A DNA stretch of 64,000 nt from Candidatus Peribacteria bacterium RIFCSPHIGHO2_01_FULL_51_35 (GCA_001787535.1 MFXP01000002.1:21597-85596); one strand, 5' to 3'; numbered from the stretch's first letter, positions 27,894 to 37,288 are shown. Notes: generated by a model not told the origin, from the sequence alone. Numbers and translations: made by a program.

Positions 27894-30029
27894 ATGCGCT
27901 GCACCGTCCTTACAGTTTCGCGCTCGCAGGGAATAGGATCGGGTTTAACGTACGACCCCGGGAACCTTTCTGTGAAGCCCGGAAGTTTTGTGCAAGTTCC
28001 GCTTCGCAATAAAATTGTGGATGGCATCGTGTTGGATGTTTTGCAGGATCATGAGAAAGAAGAATACGATGTAAAGTCCATCAAAGAAATTTTTGGAGAG
28101 AGCCCCCTGCTGACAGAATCGCAGATCAAAACTGTTCGTTGGATGGCGGACTATTACTGCTGCACGGTTCGCGCAGCGTTGTCTGTCTGGCTCCCCTCCC
28201 CTCCTTGGGCAGCCCTGCTTCCGAAAGTTGTGACGCTGTGGAAACTCTCGAATACAAAAAGCATCGATCAGATAAAAGGTAAGAAACAGATAGCCGTGCT
28301 CGAATTTTTGGAAAGCTCGGATGCAGTGACTGCAGCGACTATTCAAGAAGAAACAGGAGCCACGCTCACGACTCTCAAAACTCTGGAGGAACGCGGATTT
28401 GTGAGCCAAATAAAAAAGCGAGAAGAAGTGGACCAAACACTGCCATCCATAAAGATCACGGAGCCAACGCTCACAGAGTTGCAGCAGAATGCGTACGACA
28501 GTATTCGCTCTCAGCAGCTGCCATCACTTCTCTTTGGTATCACCGGAAGTGGAAAAACAGAAGTCTACGCAAAGTTGATTGCCGATACTATTCGCGAGGG
28601 AAAGCAGGCAATTCTTCTGGTTCCGGAAATTCTGCTCACAGAAAACTGCATCGATCGCTTTCGCAGGTTACTCAATGCCGAACGCATTGCAGTCGTGCAT
28701 AGCAAACTCACTCCGACAGAGCGAAGAGAAATTTGGAAGAACATTCATCGTGGAGCAATTTCACTCGTCATTGGTTCACGCAGTGCACTGTTCGCGTCGC
28801 TTCAACACCTTGGTCTTGTGATCTTGGATGAAGAGCATGAGTGGACATACAAGAACGAGCAAACACCGCGGTATCACGCACGGGAAACGGCAGAGGCACT
28901 GTGCAGGTTTTCCAAAGCACGCCTTGTTCTTGGCTCTGCAACGCCATCGTTAGAGTCCTGGTCTCGTGCAAAAGCAGGACTCTATCATCTGGCCAGACTT
29001 CCCGAGCGCTACAAAAATCAGCCGCTTCCGAGTGTTCGGATTATCGATCTTGCAGATGTGAGTTTCGGACAGCTCTATCCTTTTTCTCCTCCACTCATTA
29101 AAGCAATGGAGGAACGGCTCGAACGAAAAGAGCAATCAGTTTTATTTTTAAATCGGCGTGGCATTGCGACAGCGCTCCTCTGCCTCAACTGCAGACGCAG
29201 AGTTGTGTCTCCTGAATCGCAATTGCCTTTCACGGTCCATGAGCGCCGCGATGGATCACAAATTCTTGTCGATCACAGCACAGGGCTCACTGCACAGGCT
29301 CCGAGCATGTGTCCGCACTGCAAATCGCCAAATTTAAGAGCAGTGGGAGCAGGCACGCAGCGCATCGAACACATTGTCGCGAAGCTCTTTCCCAAAGCCA
29401 GAATCCTCCGTGCAGACAGTGACACACTCACAAAGCCGGAAGAGATGCGCGAACTTCTGGATACCATGAAACGCGGTGATGCCGATATTTTGCTCGGCAC
29501 ACAATCGGTCGTGAAAGGACTGGATCTCCCGAATGTCACACTCGCAGCAGTGGTGCTGGCAGATGTTGGTCTTTCCCTCCCTCACTTCCGCGCCGGTGAG
29601 CGAGTATTCCAGTTGCTCACACAACTTGTTGGCAGAAGCGGACGATCCAAACCCGGTGAAGTGATTATTCAAACGTTTCGGCCCGAAGCCGAAGAAATAC
29701 TCCGTGCTTCCCGTCACGAAGTGGAACCATATTTGGAACAAGAACTGCGACTCCGCCTGCATACGGGTTACCCGCCCGCTGTTTCCATGATTCGCTACAT
29801 CGTGCGAGGGAATCAGCCGAAACACGATGCGGAAGCACTCGCTGCATCTATTTTGCTAAAAGCCAAAGACCAAAATCAGAGCCACGTGAAGGTCAGCTTC
29901 GGTCCCACGCTCATGAGTGGAGGCAAAGAATGGCATGTCCTTGTTCGCGGCTTACGTAAGGGCTTCCTGGATATTCCTCTTGAAGGAAAACAGATAGTGA
30001 CAGACGTCGATCCGCTCGATTGCATATAA
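27894..30029 (+). CDS. priA: Primosomal protein N' (replication restart helicase)
   Basis: GITGSGKTEVY, LVPEI, DEEHE, LGSATPS, LNRRG, GTQ, KGLD, GRSGR; only two CxxC pairs in the Cys-rich region. Confidence 0.95.
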   Translation: MRCTVLTVSRSQGIGSGLTYDPGNLSVKPGSFVQVPLRNKIVDGIVLDVLQDHEKEEYDVKSIKEIFGESPLLTESQIKTVRWMADYYCCTVRAALSVWLPSPPWAALLPKVVTLWKLSNTKSIDQIKGKKQIAVLEFLESSDAVTAATIQEETGATLTTLKTLEERGFVSQIKKREEVDQTLPSIKITEPTLTELQQNAYDSIRSQQLPSLLFGITGSGKTEVYAKLIADTIREGKQAILLVPEILLTENCIDRFRRLLNAERIAVVHSKLTPTERREIWKNIHRGAISLVIGSRSALFASLQHLGLVILDEEHEWTYKNEQTPRYHARETAEALCRFSKARLVLGSATPSLESWSRAKAGLYHLARLPERYKNQPLPSVRIIDLADVSFGQLYPFSPPLIKAMEERLERKEQSVLFLNRRGIATALLCLNCRRRVVSPESQLPFTVHERRDGSQILVDHSTGLTAQAPSMCPHCKSPNLRAVGAGTQRIEHIVAKLFPKARILRADSDTLTKPEEMRELLDTMKRGDADILLGTQSVVKGLDLPNVTLAAVVLADVGLSLPHFRAGERVFQLLTQLVGRSGRSKPGEVIIQTFRPEAEEILRASRHEVEPYLEQELRLRLHTGYPPAVSMIRYIVRGNQPKHDAEALAASILLKAKDQNQSHVKVSFGPTLMSGGKEWHVLVRGLRKGFLDIPLEGKQIVTDVDPLDCI

Positions 30030-30121
30030 ACAAGCATTCGGTTTTCTTCATCTGTAAAGCACAGTCGGGTTTTTTGAAGAAAATCAGCGGTATCATGCTA
30101 AATAATTCCTCCCCTCCCCTC

Positions 30122-30727
30122 ATGAAGAATCTTCACGTTCAGAAATATTTGGCAGAAGTCCTTGGTGCATTTGCACTCACGCTGGCCGTCTGGCTCAGTA
30201 TCGGGTTCACGATGCCATTGGCAACGCCGGTCGCTGCTGCACTCGTCCTGGGACTCTTCGTCTACACCGTGGGTCACGTGAGTGGAGCGCACTTGAACCC
30301 GGCAGTCACGCTTGGGCTCATGAGCGTCAAGAAAATTTCGGTGCAGGATGGACTCCTCTACATCATCTCACAGTGCGTTGGTGGTGTCGCCGCAATGGTC
30401 TTGGGACGTTTGGTCACAGGAGAAGTTGTCCGCGTCACTGCGACAACCAGTTTGAATGTTGGTCTTGCGGAAGCAGTAGGTGCCTTTATCCTTGCCTTTG
30501 GCGTCTGCTCCGTTGTCTACAAGAAAGTGCAACCGGCAACGTCCGGCTTGGTGATCGGTGGATCTTTATTGCTTGGCATTTACTTGGCATCTGCTATGAG
30601 CAACGGGGTCATCAACCCGGCAGTGGCCATCGGCATTGGCTCACTGAATGTCATGTACATCCTGGGACCGCTGCTCGGCGGCATACTGGGTGCACAAGCC
30701 TTTAAGTACCTTTCCGAGGAGAAATAG
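30122..30727 (+). CDS. Aquaporin / MIP channel
   Basis: SGAHLNPAVT and second NPA box. Confidence 0.92.
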   Translation: MKNLHVQKYLAEVLGAFALTLAVWLSIGFTMPLATPVAAALVLGLFVYTVGHVSGAHLNPAVTLGLMSVKKISVQDGLLYIISQCVGGVAAMVLGRLVTGEVVRVTATTSLNVGLAEAVGAFILAFGVCSVVYKKVQPATSGLVIGGSLLLGIYLASAMSNGVINPAVAIGIGSLNVMYILGPLLGGILGAQAFKYLSEEK

Positions 30728-31178
30728 ATCGCAGTTGATGCAGAGCGATTCCCGCTGCCACAGCCACGTTCAACGATTCCTTTTTACCAAGCATCGGGAT
30801 CATGACGGTTTCGTCGACTATCGAAAGCACATTCTCCGGAACGCCTATCAGCTCATGACCGACAATCAAGCATATTTTCTCATGCGGTTGAAATGATTCG
30901 ATTTCCTTAGCATCCGCTGTCAGTTCCAGCGCTACCAGTTGCCAGCCTTCTTTTTTGAGTTCCAGAAGTATAGGGACAGGGTCCTCAAACTTCTCCCATG
31001 GGATAAATTCTTCTGCGCCCAATGCGGTCTTTGTGATCTCCTTGCGAGGCGGAGTGCCTGTGTACCCCGTTAAATACATCCTCTCCACGTTCATAGCATC
31101 CGCAGTGCGAAAGAAGGAACCGACATTCCAGAGAGAGCGGACATTATGAGCCAACAGTCTTATACTTCTAGTTTTCAT
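30702..31178 (-). CDS. TrmH/SpoU-family RNA methyltransferase
   Basis: NVGSFFRTADA, GHE..GV, IPM.G..ESLNVAVA. Confidence 0.9.
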   Translation of the reverse strand: MKTRSIRLLAHNVRSLWNVGSFFRTADAMNVERMYLTGYTGTPPRKEITKTALGAEEFIPWEKFEDPVPILLELKKEGWQLVALELTADAKEIESFQPHEKICLIVGHELIGVPENVLSIVDETVMIPMLGKKESLNVAVAAGIALHQLRSISPRKGT

Positions 31179-31210
31179 GTATTTCAATGGAATAAATTCC
31201 ATTACTTCTT

Positions 31211-31250
31211 GGAGCGTTACCCCGGCACTTAAGTGCCGGGGTAACGCGAT
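31211..31250. repeat. 34-bp perfect palindrome with GAGC...GCGAT ends (REP-like)
   Basis: GCGTTACCCCGGCACTT|AAGTGCCGGGGTAACGC at 31214-31247. Confidence 0.75.
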
Positions 31251-31273
31251 GAATGAGGGCGAATTTATTCGCC

Positions 31274-32539
31274 TTAGTGCATTCTTTCCAGTGTGCTGGC
31301 ATGCGGGTTTGCGAAGATTTCCAGAAGCTCTGCTTTCGCGAGATCAGATTCCGATACGTTATGCATGGTGTAACACACTCCCGTCTCGCTTCCGTGGCCA
31401 AAACTTCCTGCTCCCGTATCAGGAACATCGCGCCGCAGTAAAGAGATGCCTTCGAAGGCATCTGCATCAGATACTTCTGCTTTCTTCTGCTGTGCATTCC
31501 AACGGAGCACTTTGCCATCTTTTTTGATGAATGCGCGTTCTTTGTTCGGATTAAAGACGGCAATATTGGAGAAAATATAATCGAGCGCATCGCTCTGTAG
31601 AGAAATGTATTTCCACTGCTTGAGCTTTAAGCGGGGAGCAATCCTCTTGGCAGCCTGTTCCACCGTGCGTTCCTCATTATTCACGATGATCGTGTCGATA
31701 AAGATTTCAGTGGATTTCGATTTTCTGTTTCCTAGTGAATATTTCCCCTGAGGAGCGGGCATACTTGCCCGCGAGTCGCGGCCAGGTATGGCCGCTCCTC
31801 TTCGAGGAGTTGAGAACCACTGTTTTAGTGAATCAAAATACGGTTTTCCTCCAGGAGTCCGTTCCGGGTGCGGCATAAGCGCAACAACATTGCCCGCAGG
31901 ATTGCAGATGCCCGCGATGGCAAACAGAGACCCGTTCGGTGTCACGATGGGATCTGTGGATACATTCCCCTCCGCATCACAGTACGAAAATGCAATTTGA
32001 TCATTCTTCTTCAGCTCATCGATCATGTCCTTATCTTTGGTCGTGAATCGTCCTTCACCGTGCGCCATGGGAAGATGCATGATGCCCTCAAAAAAGGCAG
32101 TCGCACAGCGCCCCGGCTTGCATGTTCGCTTGATCCATACCCATTCATTGAGGAAACCCACCGCCTCCGATCCCCTCTCGGTTTCTATGACATTGCGTGC
32201 CAAACACATGCGAAGACCGGCATCCAGCGGAATCAAACCGCTTTCGACAAGGATCTGTGCTCCATTGCAGTTGCCGATGATTGCTTTGCCTGCGGTGGAT
32301 TCCTCATGGAGAAATTGCATCAAAGAATCACGTGCTGCCACCATGCCACTCCTGCCGCGGTCTTCGTAGGAAAATCCCCCGGGTACAAAATAGCCATCGA
32401 CATCTTTTAACTTCGATCGATCATCATTCCACCGGAAAAAGCGTGCCTCCATTCCGCTGTCTTTGATGGCACGCAGGGACTCCACTTCACAGTTGTTGCC
32501 GGGGAAAGAAAGGACTGCGATAATTGGTCTTTTATTCAT
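31274..32539 (-). CDS. purQ: FGAM synthase glutaminase subunit PurQ with long C-terminal extension
   Basis: FPGNNC, PGGFSYED, GNCNG.QIL, AHGEG, PNGS, MPHPER; about 170 extra C-terminal residues. Confidence 0.9.
   Translation of the reverse strand: MNKRPIIAVLSFPGNNCEVESLRAIKDSGMEARFFRWNDDRSKLKDVDGYFVPGGFSYEDRGRSGMVAARDSLMQFLHEESTAGKAIIGNCNGAQILVESGLIPLDAGLRMCLARNVIETERGSEAVGFLNEWVWIKRTCKPGRCATAFFEGIMHLPMAHGEGRFTTKDKDMIDELKKNDQIAFSYCDAEGNVSTDPIVTPNGSLFAIAGICNPAGNVVALMPHPERTPGGKPYFDSLKQWFSTPRRGAAIPGRDSRASMPAPQGKYSLGNRKSKSTEIFIDTIIVNNEERTVEQAAKRIAPRLKLKQWKYISLQSDALDYIFSNIAVFNPNKERAFIKKDGKVLRWNAQQKKAEVSDADAFEGISLLRRDVPDTGAGSFGHGSETGVCYTMHNVSESDLAKAELLEIFANPHASTLERMH
31750..31800. repeat. REP-like doublet inside the purQ reading frame
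   Basis: GAGGAGCGGGCATACTTGCCCGCGA-G-TCGCGGCCAGGTATGGCCGCTCCTC. Confidence 0.65.
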
Positions 32540-32560
32540 GAAATAATTGTAACATGAATA

Positions 32561-32628
32561 AATGACCAATGACGCAATGACCAATGACCAACACTATCTT
32601 GGTCATTGGGATCTGGTCATTGGTCATT
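32561..32628. repeat. AATGACC heptamer inverted repeat (inverted sibling of 10127-10200)
   Basis: Same arms, including the irregular 8-nt AATGACGC unit; different spacer. Confidence 0.85.
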
Positions 32629-32637
32629 ATATGGTAC

Positions 32638-33180
32638 CTATATGGTCATAATCTCCTGCTCCTTCTTCTTCGCCGTTTCCGCAATCTTCGCGTTGAACTC
32701 ATCCACGTCTTTCTGCAGCTGTTCCAAGAGCGTTTCACGGACATCTTCATCCTTTTCCGGCTTGATGGCATCGTGCGCTTCCTGGCGGTTCTTGCGTATG
32801 GAAATACGTGCTTCCTCCGCCAGTTGATGCACCACTTTGGAGAGCTGTACTCTCCGCTCCTCCGTCATTGGCTGAAAATTCAAACGAATGAGTACTCCAT
32901 CGTTCACGGGATTTGCTCCAACATTGGCCGCTTGCAGCGCTTTTTCCACGTTTGCCAGCACAGATCTGTCCCACGGCTGCACTGCAATGGACCGCGCATC
33001 CGTCACGCTGATGCCCGCAAGGGATTTGAGCGGTTGTCTCTGCCCGTATGCTTCCACGTCAACGTTTTCGATCAACGCCGCGTTGGCTCTGCCTGTTTGC
33101 AATTTTGCATACTCGTTCAGTAAATAGTGCAGAACGCTTTCTGCTGATGCGCGAAATTGTGCGACGCGAGGATTGTTCAT
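32638..33180 (-). CDS. frr: Ribosome recycling factor
   Basis: LQTGRAN, VEAYG, QPWD, MTEERR, ARISIRKNR. Confidence 0.93.
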   Translation of the reverse strand: MNNPRVAQFRASAESVLHYLLNEYAKLQTGRANAALIENVDVEAYGQRQPLKSLAGISVTDARSIAVQPWDRSVLANVEKALQAANVGANPVNDGVLIRLNFQPMTEERRVQLSKVVHQLAEEARISIRKNRQEAHDAIKPEKDEDVRETLLEQLQKDVDEFNAKIAETAKKKEQEIMTI

Positions 33181-33195
33181 AAGAGAGAGGAGAAA

Positions 33196-33903
33196 TTATC
33201 CGTGGACGTGAGTGCCTATTTTCTCACCAAGAGCCGCTTTCAGCAAGGAGCCCTGCTTCAAAAAGTTAAAAACGATGATCGGCAGGTTTTGATCCTGACA
33301 AAGGCTGAATGCCGCTTGATCCATGATTTCCAGATGCTTCTCCAATGCTTCTTTGTACGTCACAGAATCATATTTTACCGCGTCCTTGTGCTTATTCGGG
33401 TCTTTATCGTAGATGCCATCTACGTTTGTGGCTTTGAGAACGACATCGCACGAAAGTTCCAGTGCACGGAGCGCGGCGGCGGAATCCGTCGTGAAGTAGG
33501 GATTTCCTGTGCCACCTGCGCAAATCACAATTCTTCCTTTGTCCAAGTGACGGAGCGCACGACGTTTAATGAAAGGCTCCGCAAGTTGCGGCATGTTGAT
33601 GGCGGAGAGCACACGTGTTTCGGCTCCCAAGGAATCCAATGCAGCCTGGAGTGCAACGCTGTTCATAACGGTCGCCAGCATGCCCATGGCATCCGAAACC
33701 GTCCGCTCGATGCCGTTTTCCTTTGTATCGCGGTAGCGCCAAATATTTCCTCCGCCAACGACAATCACAAGCTCGATGCCCTTCTTCGAAACTTCCATGA
33801 TTTGTTTTGCAGTATCCAAGAATGCCTTTCGGTGGATGCCGTACTCATGTTCTCCGGAAAACACTTCGCCGGAAAGTTTCAACATGATGCGTTTGAATTT
33901 CAT
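33196..33903 (-). CDS. pyrH: UMP kinase
   Basis: LKLSGE, VGGGNIWR, MGMLAT, GTGNPYFTTD. Confidence 0.96.
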   Translation of the reverse strand: MKFKRIMLKLSGEVFSGEHEYGIHRKAFLDTAKQIMEVSKKGIELVIVVGGGNIWRYRDTKENGIERTVSDAMGMLATVMNSVALQAALDSLGAETRVLSAINMPQLAEPFIKRRALRHLDKGRIVICAGGTGNPYFTTDSAAALRALELSCDVVLKATNVDGIYDKDPNKHKDAVKYDSVTYKEALEKHLEIMDQAAFSLCQDQNLPIIVFNFLKQGSLLKAALGEKIGTHVHG

Positions 33904-34406
33904 ATGGTTGGGGGAGAAGGCGGATTTGGTGCGATGTGTTCTTTTTCAACCGCTTTCGCAACTTTGCCTGCACGCTTGAAAAACTTTTTAAGCGCAGTCA
34001 CCAGTTGCGCGACTGCATGTACCAAATCATGCCACGTCCCTTTAAGCGTCTTCTCTCCTCTGGAAAGAGGCCCGACGAACGGAACATCCTTCTTCTTGCC
34101 CTGCGCAGCATTGATGAAGCCAATGACCATGCCCGCGAGCACGATCAATTCCAGAAAGCGGGAGAAGTAATCAAATGGAATGAACCAGATAAGCACGGTG
34201 AGCCCGAACAGGATCATCGCCTGCTTTGCATGAAAGCGGACGAATGGAGAATCTTTTTTCAAGAAAAACACGACGACGGACATCACCCACAAATAGCTGA
34301 AGGCGGCGATGTCTTTGTTTTCGTCTACATCATGCTCCGGGGAGAGTGTCGGCTTTGGCACCTCTGCCGATGGCTCCTCTGTTGGCTCTGGAAAGGCATT
34401 GTCCAT
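33900..34406 (-). CDS. DUF4870-like membrane protein
   Basis: AAFSYL...KDSPFVRFHAKQA...GFINA.QG...VPFVG. Confidence 0.75.
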   Translation of the reverse strand: MDNAFPEPTEEPSAEVPKPTLSPEHDVDENKDIAAFSYLWVMSVVVFFLKKDSPFVRFHAKQAMILFGLTVLIWFIPFDYFSRFLELIVLAGMVIGFINAAQGKKKDVPFVGPLSRGEKTLKGTWHDLVHAVAQLVTALKKFFKRAGKVAKAVEKEHIAPNPPSPPTI

Positions 34407-34481
34407 ATCTAAGAAAGTATACCATAAAACGCTTCGCTGAACCAAGGTAAGGCTGCAGAAAGACCTCAATGAAAAGCCGAA

Positions 34482-34551
34482 TGGTACCCCCGGCAGGAAT
34501 TGAACCTGCGGCCAACCCCGCGCTAAACGCGGGCCTGCTCTAACCACCGAG
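34482..34551 (-). pseudogene. tRNA-Arg pseudo-copy (D-arm remnant to CCA) with anticodon arm replaced by a CCCGCG hairpin
   Basis: 34482-34515 is identical to the tRNA 3' part; followed by ccccgcg-ctaaa-cgcggg and a degenerate D arm. Confidence 0.75.
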
Positions 34552-34762
34552 AAACGTTTTTGGAGTTTTTAATACGTTTCTCCAGTAGCTTGGCTTCAGC
34601 TATTGAATTACAGGGTATAAATTTTCGCAAAGTCCAATTGCCGATTCTTTTGGTTGTGTGGGTATGGCCATGTGCATGCTGTACTAGCCTACGTTCAAGA
34701 TCCGTCGTACTCCCAACGTAGAACCTCGATCCCTGTAAAATATAAACACCAATTTTTTTCAT
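34523..34762 (-). CDS. Small GIY-YIG nuclease-family protein
   Basis: GVYIL..RFYVGST.DLERRL.QH..G...TT, EA..LE..IK. Confidence 0.85.
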   Translation of the reverse strand: MKKIGVYILQGSRFYVGSTTDLERRLVQHAHGHTHTTKRIGNWTLRKFIPCNSIAEAKLLEKRIKNSKNVSRWLEQARV

Positions 34763-34766
34763 AAGA

Positions 34767-34842
34767 TGGTACCCCCGGCAGGAATTGAACCTGCGGCCAA
34801 TAGGTTAGAAACCTACTGCTCTATCCACTGAGCTACGGGGGC
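34767..34842 (-). tRNA. tRNA-Arg(TCT)
   Basis: GCCCCCGTAGCTCAGTGGATAGAGCA-GTAGG-TTTCTAA-CCTAT...GGTTCAATTCC...GGGGGTACCA. Confidence 0.95.
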
Positions 34843-34897
34843 GTATTTAAATTATGTATGAAGAATGGCAAATTAGGAATGCCTCATCGAAGCAACA

Positions 34898-34948
34898 GCC
34901 AACCCCGCGTTAGGCGCGGGGCTGCTCTATCCACTGAGCTACGGGGGC
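34898..34948 (-). pseudogene. tRNA-Arg 5'-half pseudo-copy with the same replacement hairpin
   Basis: Identical to the tRNA 5' 27 nt, then ccccgcg-cctaa-cgcgggg-ttggc. Confidence 0.75.
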
Positions 34949-35212
34949 ACGAAAGAATCGTACCAGAACCGTGCGATCAGCAAATGTGTTTTGGCCTCTC
35001 TGCGGACTCTACCCTATGGAAGAACTGCGGGAACTCCACTCTCATTCTTAATAAAGAGCACCATAAACGTCTTCTTCATCTTTCTGCGCTGAGCTTGCTC
35101 ACCGCGACCGTTGGGATACGCGTACTTCCGACGACGGATGGAACGGAGCTTGCGACCGGGAATGGAGTAGATAGTGCAAGAGACGAGAGTGAGCATAAAA
35201 GGGAGAGAGAAA

Positions 35213-35332
35213 TCATTCTTGCTTCTGCGGTCGCAATGCCCTGTTGACCGCAATGGCAAGCGCCATGGAATTGACGAAGATGAGCAGCGGAAGGAGGTAA
35301 TAAAAGACGGGGGTGAAGGTGTGAAGCAGCAT
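35213..35332 (-). CDS. Putative 39-aa single-TM micro-protein (MLLHTFTPVFYYLLPLLIFVNSMALAIAVNRALRPQKQE)
   Basis: Hydrophobic core followed by a basic tail. Confidence 0.45.
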   Translation of the reverse strand: MLLHTFTPVFYYLLPLLIFVNSMALAIAVNRALRPQKQE

Positions 35333-35672
35333 GGCGGAGACATTTGCAGAGAGAACGATTCCTGACCAGGGAAAATCTCAAGATTTTAGATCACAGTATT
35401 TGCCGGTTGTATAGTCCCGCGATGCTTTCTTTTTCTCAAAATATATGAGATGCGAAAATAATTTTCCGTGCATAGATGAAAAACAGAAAAATTATAATCG
35501 GAATATTTCCATATTATTTTTTAAAAAAAGAAATTTTTGGTAAATTTTTTTGCTGAAATTCTTTTTTTGTTAAATGCGAAGATGACATATATTTTCTTTT
35601 ACGCCGCAAAAAATATTTTCCGAATTTTCATTTCATTGTACAATTACTTCCAATCTTTCCCCCTTCCTTCTC

Positions 35673-35741
35673 ATGGCAAAGAAAGCAAAGAAGAGGAAGA
35701 AGACAAAGGCAAAAAGGAAATCGAAGAAGAAGCGCCTTTAG
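35673..35741 (+). CDS. 22-aa extremely basic peptide MAKKAKKRKKTKAKRKSKKKRL
   Basis: Pyrimidine-rich leader, AT-rich upstream region, terminator immediately downstream. Confidence 0.6.
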   Translation: MAKKAKKRKKTKAKRKSKKKRL

Positions 35742-35753
35742 TCTCGACTTCTG

Positions 35754-35784
35754 AAAAAAGCGTCACAGAGTGTGGCGCTTTTTT
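35754..35784. terminator. Bidirectional intrinsic terminator
   Basis: AAAAAAGCGTCACA-gag-TGTGGCGCTTTTTT between convergent genes. Confidence 0.75.
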
Positions 35785-35800
35785 ATTTCAATAAAATCAT

Positions 35801-37288
35801 TTACCGAAGTGCCATCCATCGCACTCCGACCGTTATTCCTGCAATGGTGCCAAGAACGCTGCTGATGATAAGTACAAGAATAATCACCGTGTTGTCGCCC
35901 TTCGCGCCATCGTCGAGCGCAATCATCTTACACAACGTGCTGCAGGTGCCGGTTTCATTCTTATTCTCTTGTCCAAGGTCGCAGTCTTCTCCTTCTTGCA
36001 AGAATCCGTCTCCGCACACGGGGAGTTCACAGATGACGGTGCAGTTGTCCGTAGAAAGATCATTGCCATCGTCACATTCCTCCTCGTTGTCGAGAATGGC
36101 ATCGCCGCAACGGGGGGATGCGCAGGTCGTGCGACAGCGGCCGGGTTCGATATCTGAGTTTTCAGACCCTTGATCGCATTCTTCTCCGACATCGATGATT
36201 CCATTGCCACACGTCGCGGCCTCCACACCGCATACGGACGAGCAGCCGTCTCCATCGATGGGATTTCCGTCGTCGCATTGCTCGTTTTCATCGATAATCG
36301 CATTGCCGCACGGCGATGCGGGGTTCGAAGCGGAACCCGACGGATCCCCGAACGCGCAGGTTGCATTGCAACCCTCTTCACCATCGCACTGTTCGCCGGT
36401 ATCGATGACCCCATCGCCGCAAACGGCGGGCGAACAAGTCAAACGACAGGCGCCCGATTCGATGTTGGAATTTTTCTCTCCGTCATCGCATGATTCCCCG
36501 AAGAGCCCATCCACGATGCCATCGCCGCACACGGGAAAGGAGCATGATGTGCGACACACATTGGGCGTGGCATCGGAATTGCCCTTTCCGCTGTCGCACT
36601 CTTCGCCTTGATCCACCTTTTCATTGCCGCAGAGTGATTGGTCCACCGCGCCTTGGGTTCCGATTTTTGTTGCGCCGGAGAGAATGCTTTGTGAGGAAAC
36701 AAATGATCCTATGGAGGAAGCAGCCTTTGCTTTGATTTTTTTGAGCAATTCTTCCGATACGGGAACAACCTCCGCGGAGCACCGATCTTGAAATTTCCAT
36801 TGGCAGCCCCCCGAACACGTCGTCACCAATGCTCCCGTACTGGATTTCGTTTCCTTGCACTCGGGCGGCAAGCAATACGTTCCGCATGACGGCCTCGCAA
36901 ATTCTTTCACGGTTTTCGTTGCGCCCGTCACGGGATCAATCGCTTGCACATCGATTTTGGTCGGCTCGCATTCTTCCTTCAATTCCGTCGCAATTTCTCC
37001 GTCGCCGCACACGCGAAGTTTGCATTCGTTGGAGCATTTTCCCACCCCGTTGATCTCCTTGCCGTCGTCGCATTCCTCCCCTGCATCAACGTTTCTGTTG
37101 CCGCACACGGCGGCAGGCTTGGCAGAACTCTGCGCCGAAGAGGAAGAGGAACCTGCGCCATAGGCAATCTGCCCGATGCCGCCTGTTGGCAGCACACGAA
37201 AAACACCGTCCACCTGCGCAAGGAACATGGCAAGAAACAAGCCGAGAGAGCCGAAAAGGATGATGCGTGATAGGGGTTTTTGTTTCAT
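35801..37288 (-). CDS. Surface protein with Myxococcus cysteine-rich (DUF4215-like) repeats
   Basis: About 9 CG[DN]G..D.GE.CDDG repeats; N-terminal signal/TM and C-terminal TM. Confidence 0.85.
   Translation of the reverse strand: MKQKPLSRIILFGSLGLFLAMFLAQVDGVFRVLPTGGIGQIAYGAGSSSSSAQSSAKPAAVCGNRNVDAGEECDDGKEINGVGKCSNECKLRVCGDGEIATELKEECEPTKIDVQAIDPVTGATKTVKEFARPSCGTYCLPPECKETKSSTGALVTTCSGGCQWKFQDRCSAEVVPVSEELLKKIKAKAASSIGSFVSSQSILSGATKIGTQGAVDQSLCGNEKVDQGEECDSGKGNSDATPNVCRTSCSFPVCGDGIVDGLFGESCDDGEKNSNIESGACRLTCSPAVCGDGVIDTGEQCDGEEGCNATCAFGDPSGSASNPASPCGNAIIDENEQCDDGNPIDGDGCSSVCGVEAATCGNGIIDVGEECDQGSENSDIEPGRCRTTCASPRCGDAILDNEEECDDGNDLSTDNCTVICELPVCGDGFLQEGEDCDLGQENKNETGTCSTLCKMIALDDGAKGDNTVIILVLIISSVLGTIAGITVGVRWMALR

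Noticed and set aside
35420-35650. Replication origin in the AT-rich region
   Set aside because: No DnaA-box cluster or dnaA/dnaN seen, and a dif-like site in the same window argues for the terminus region.
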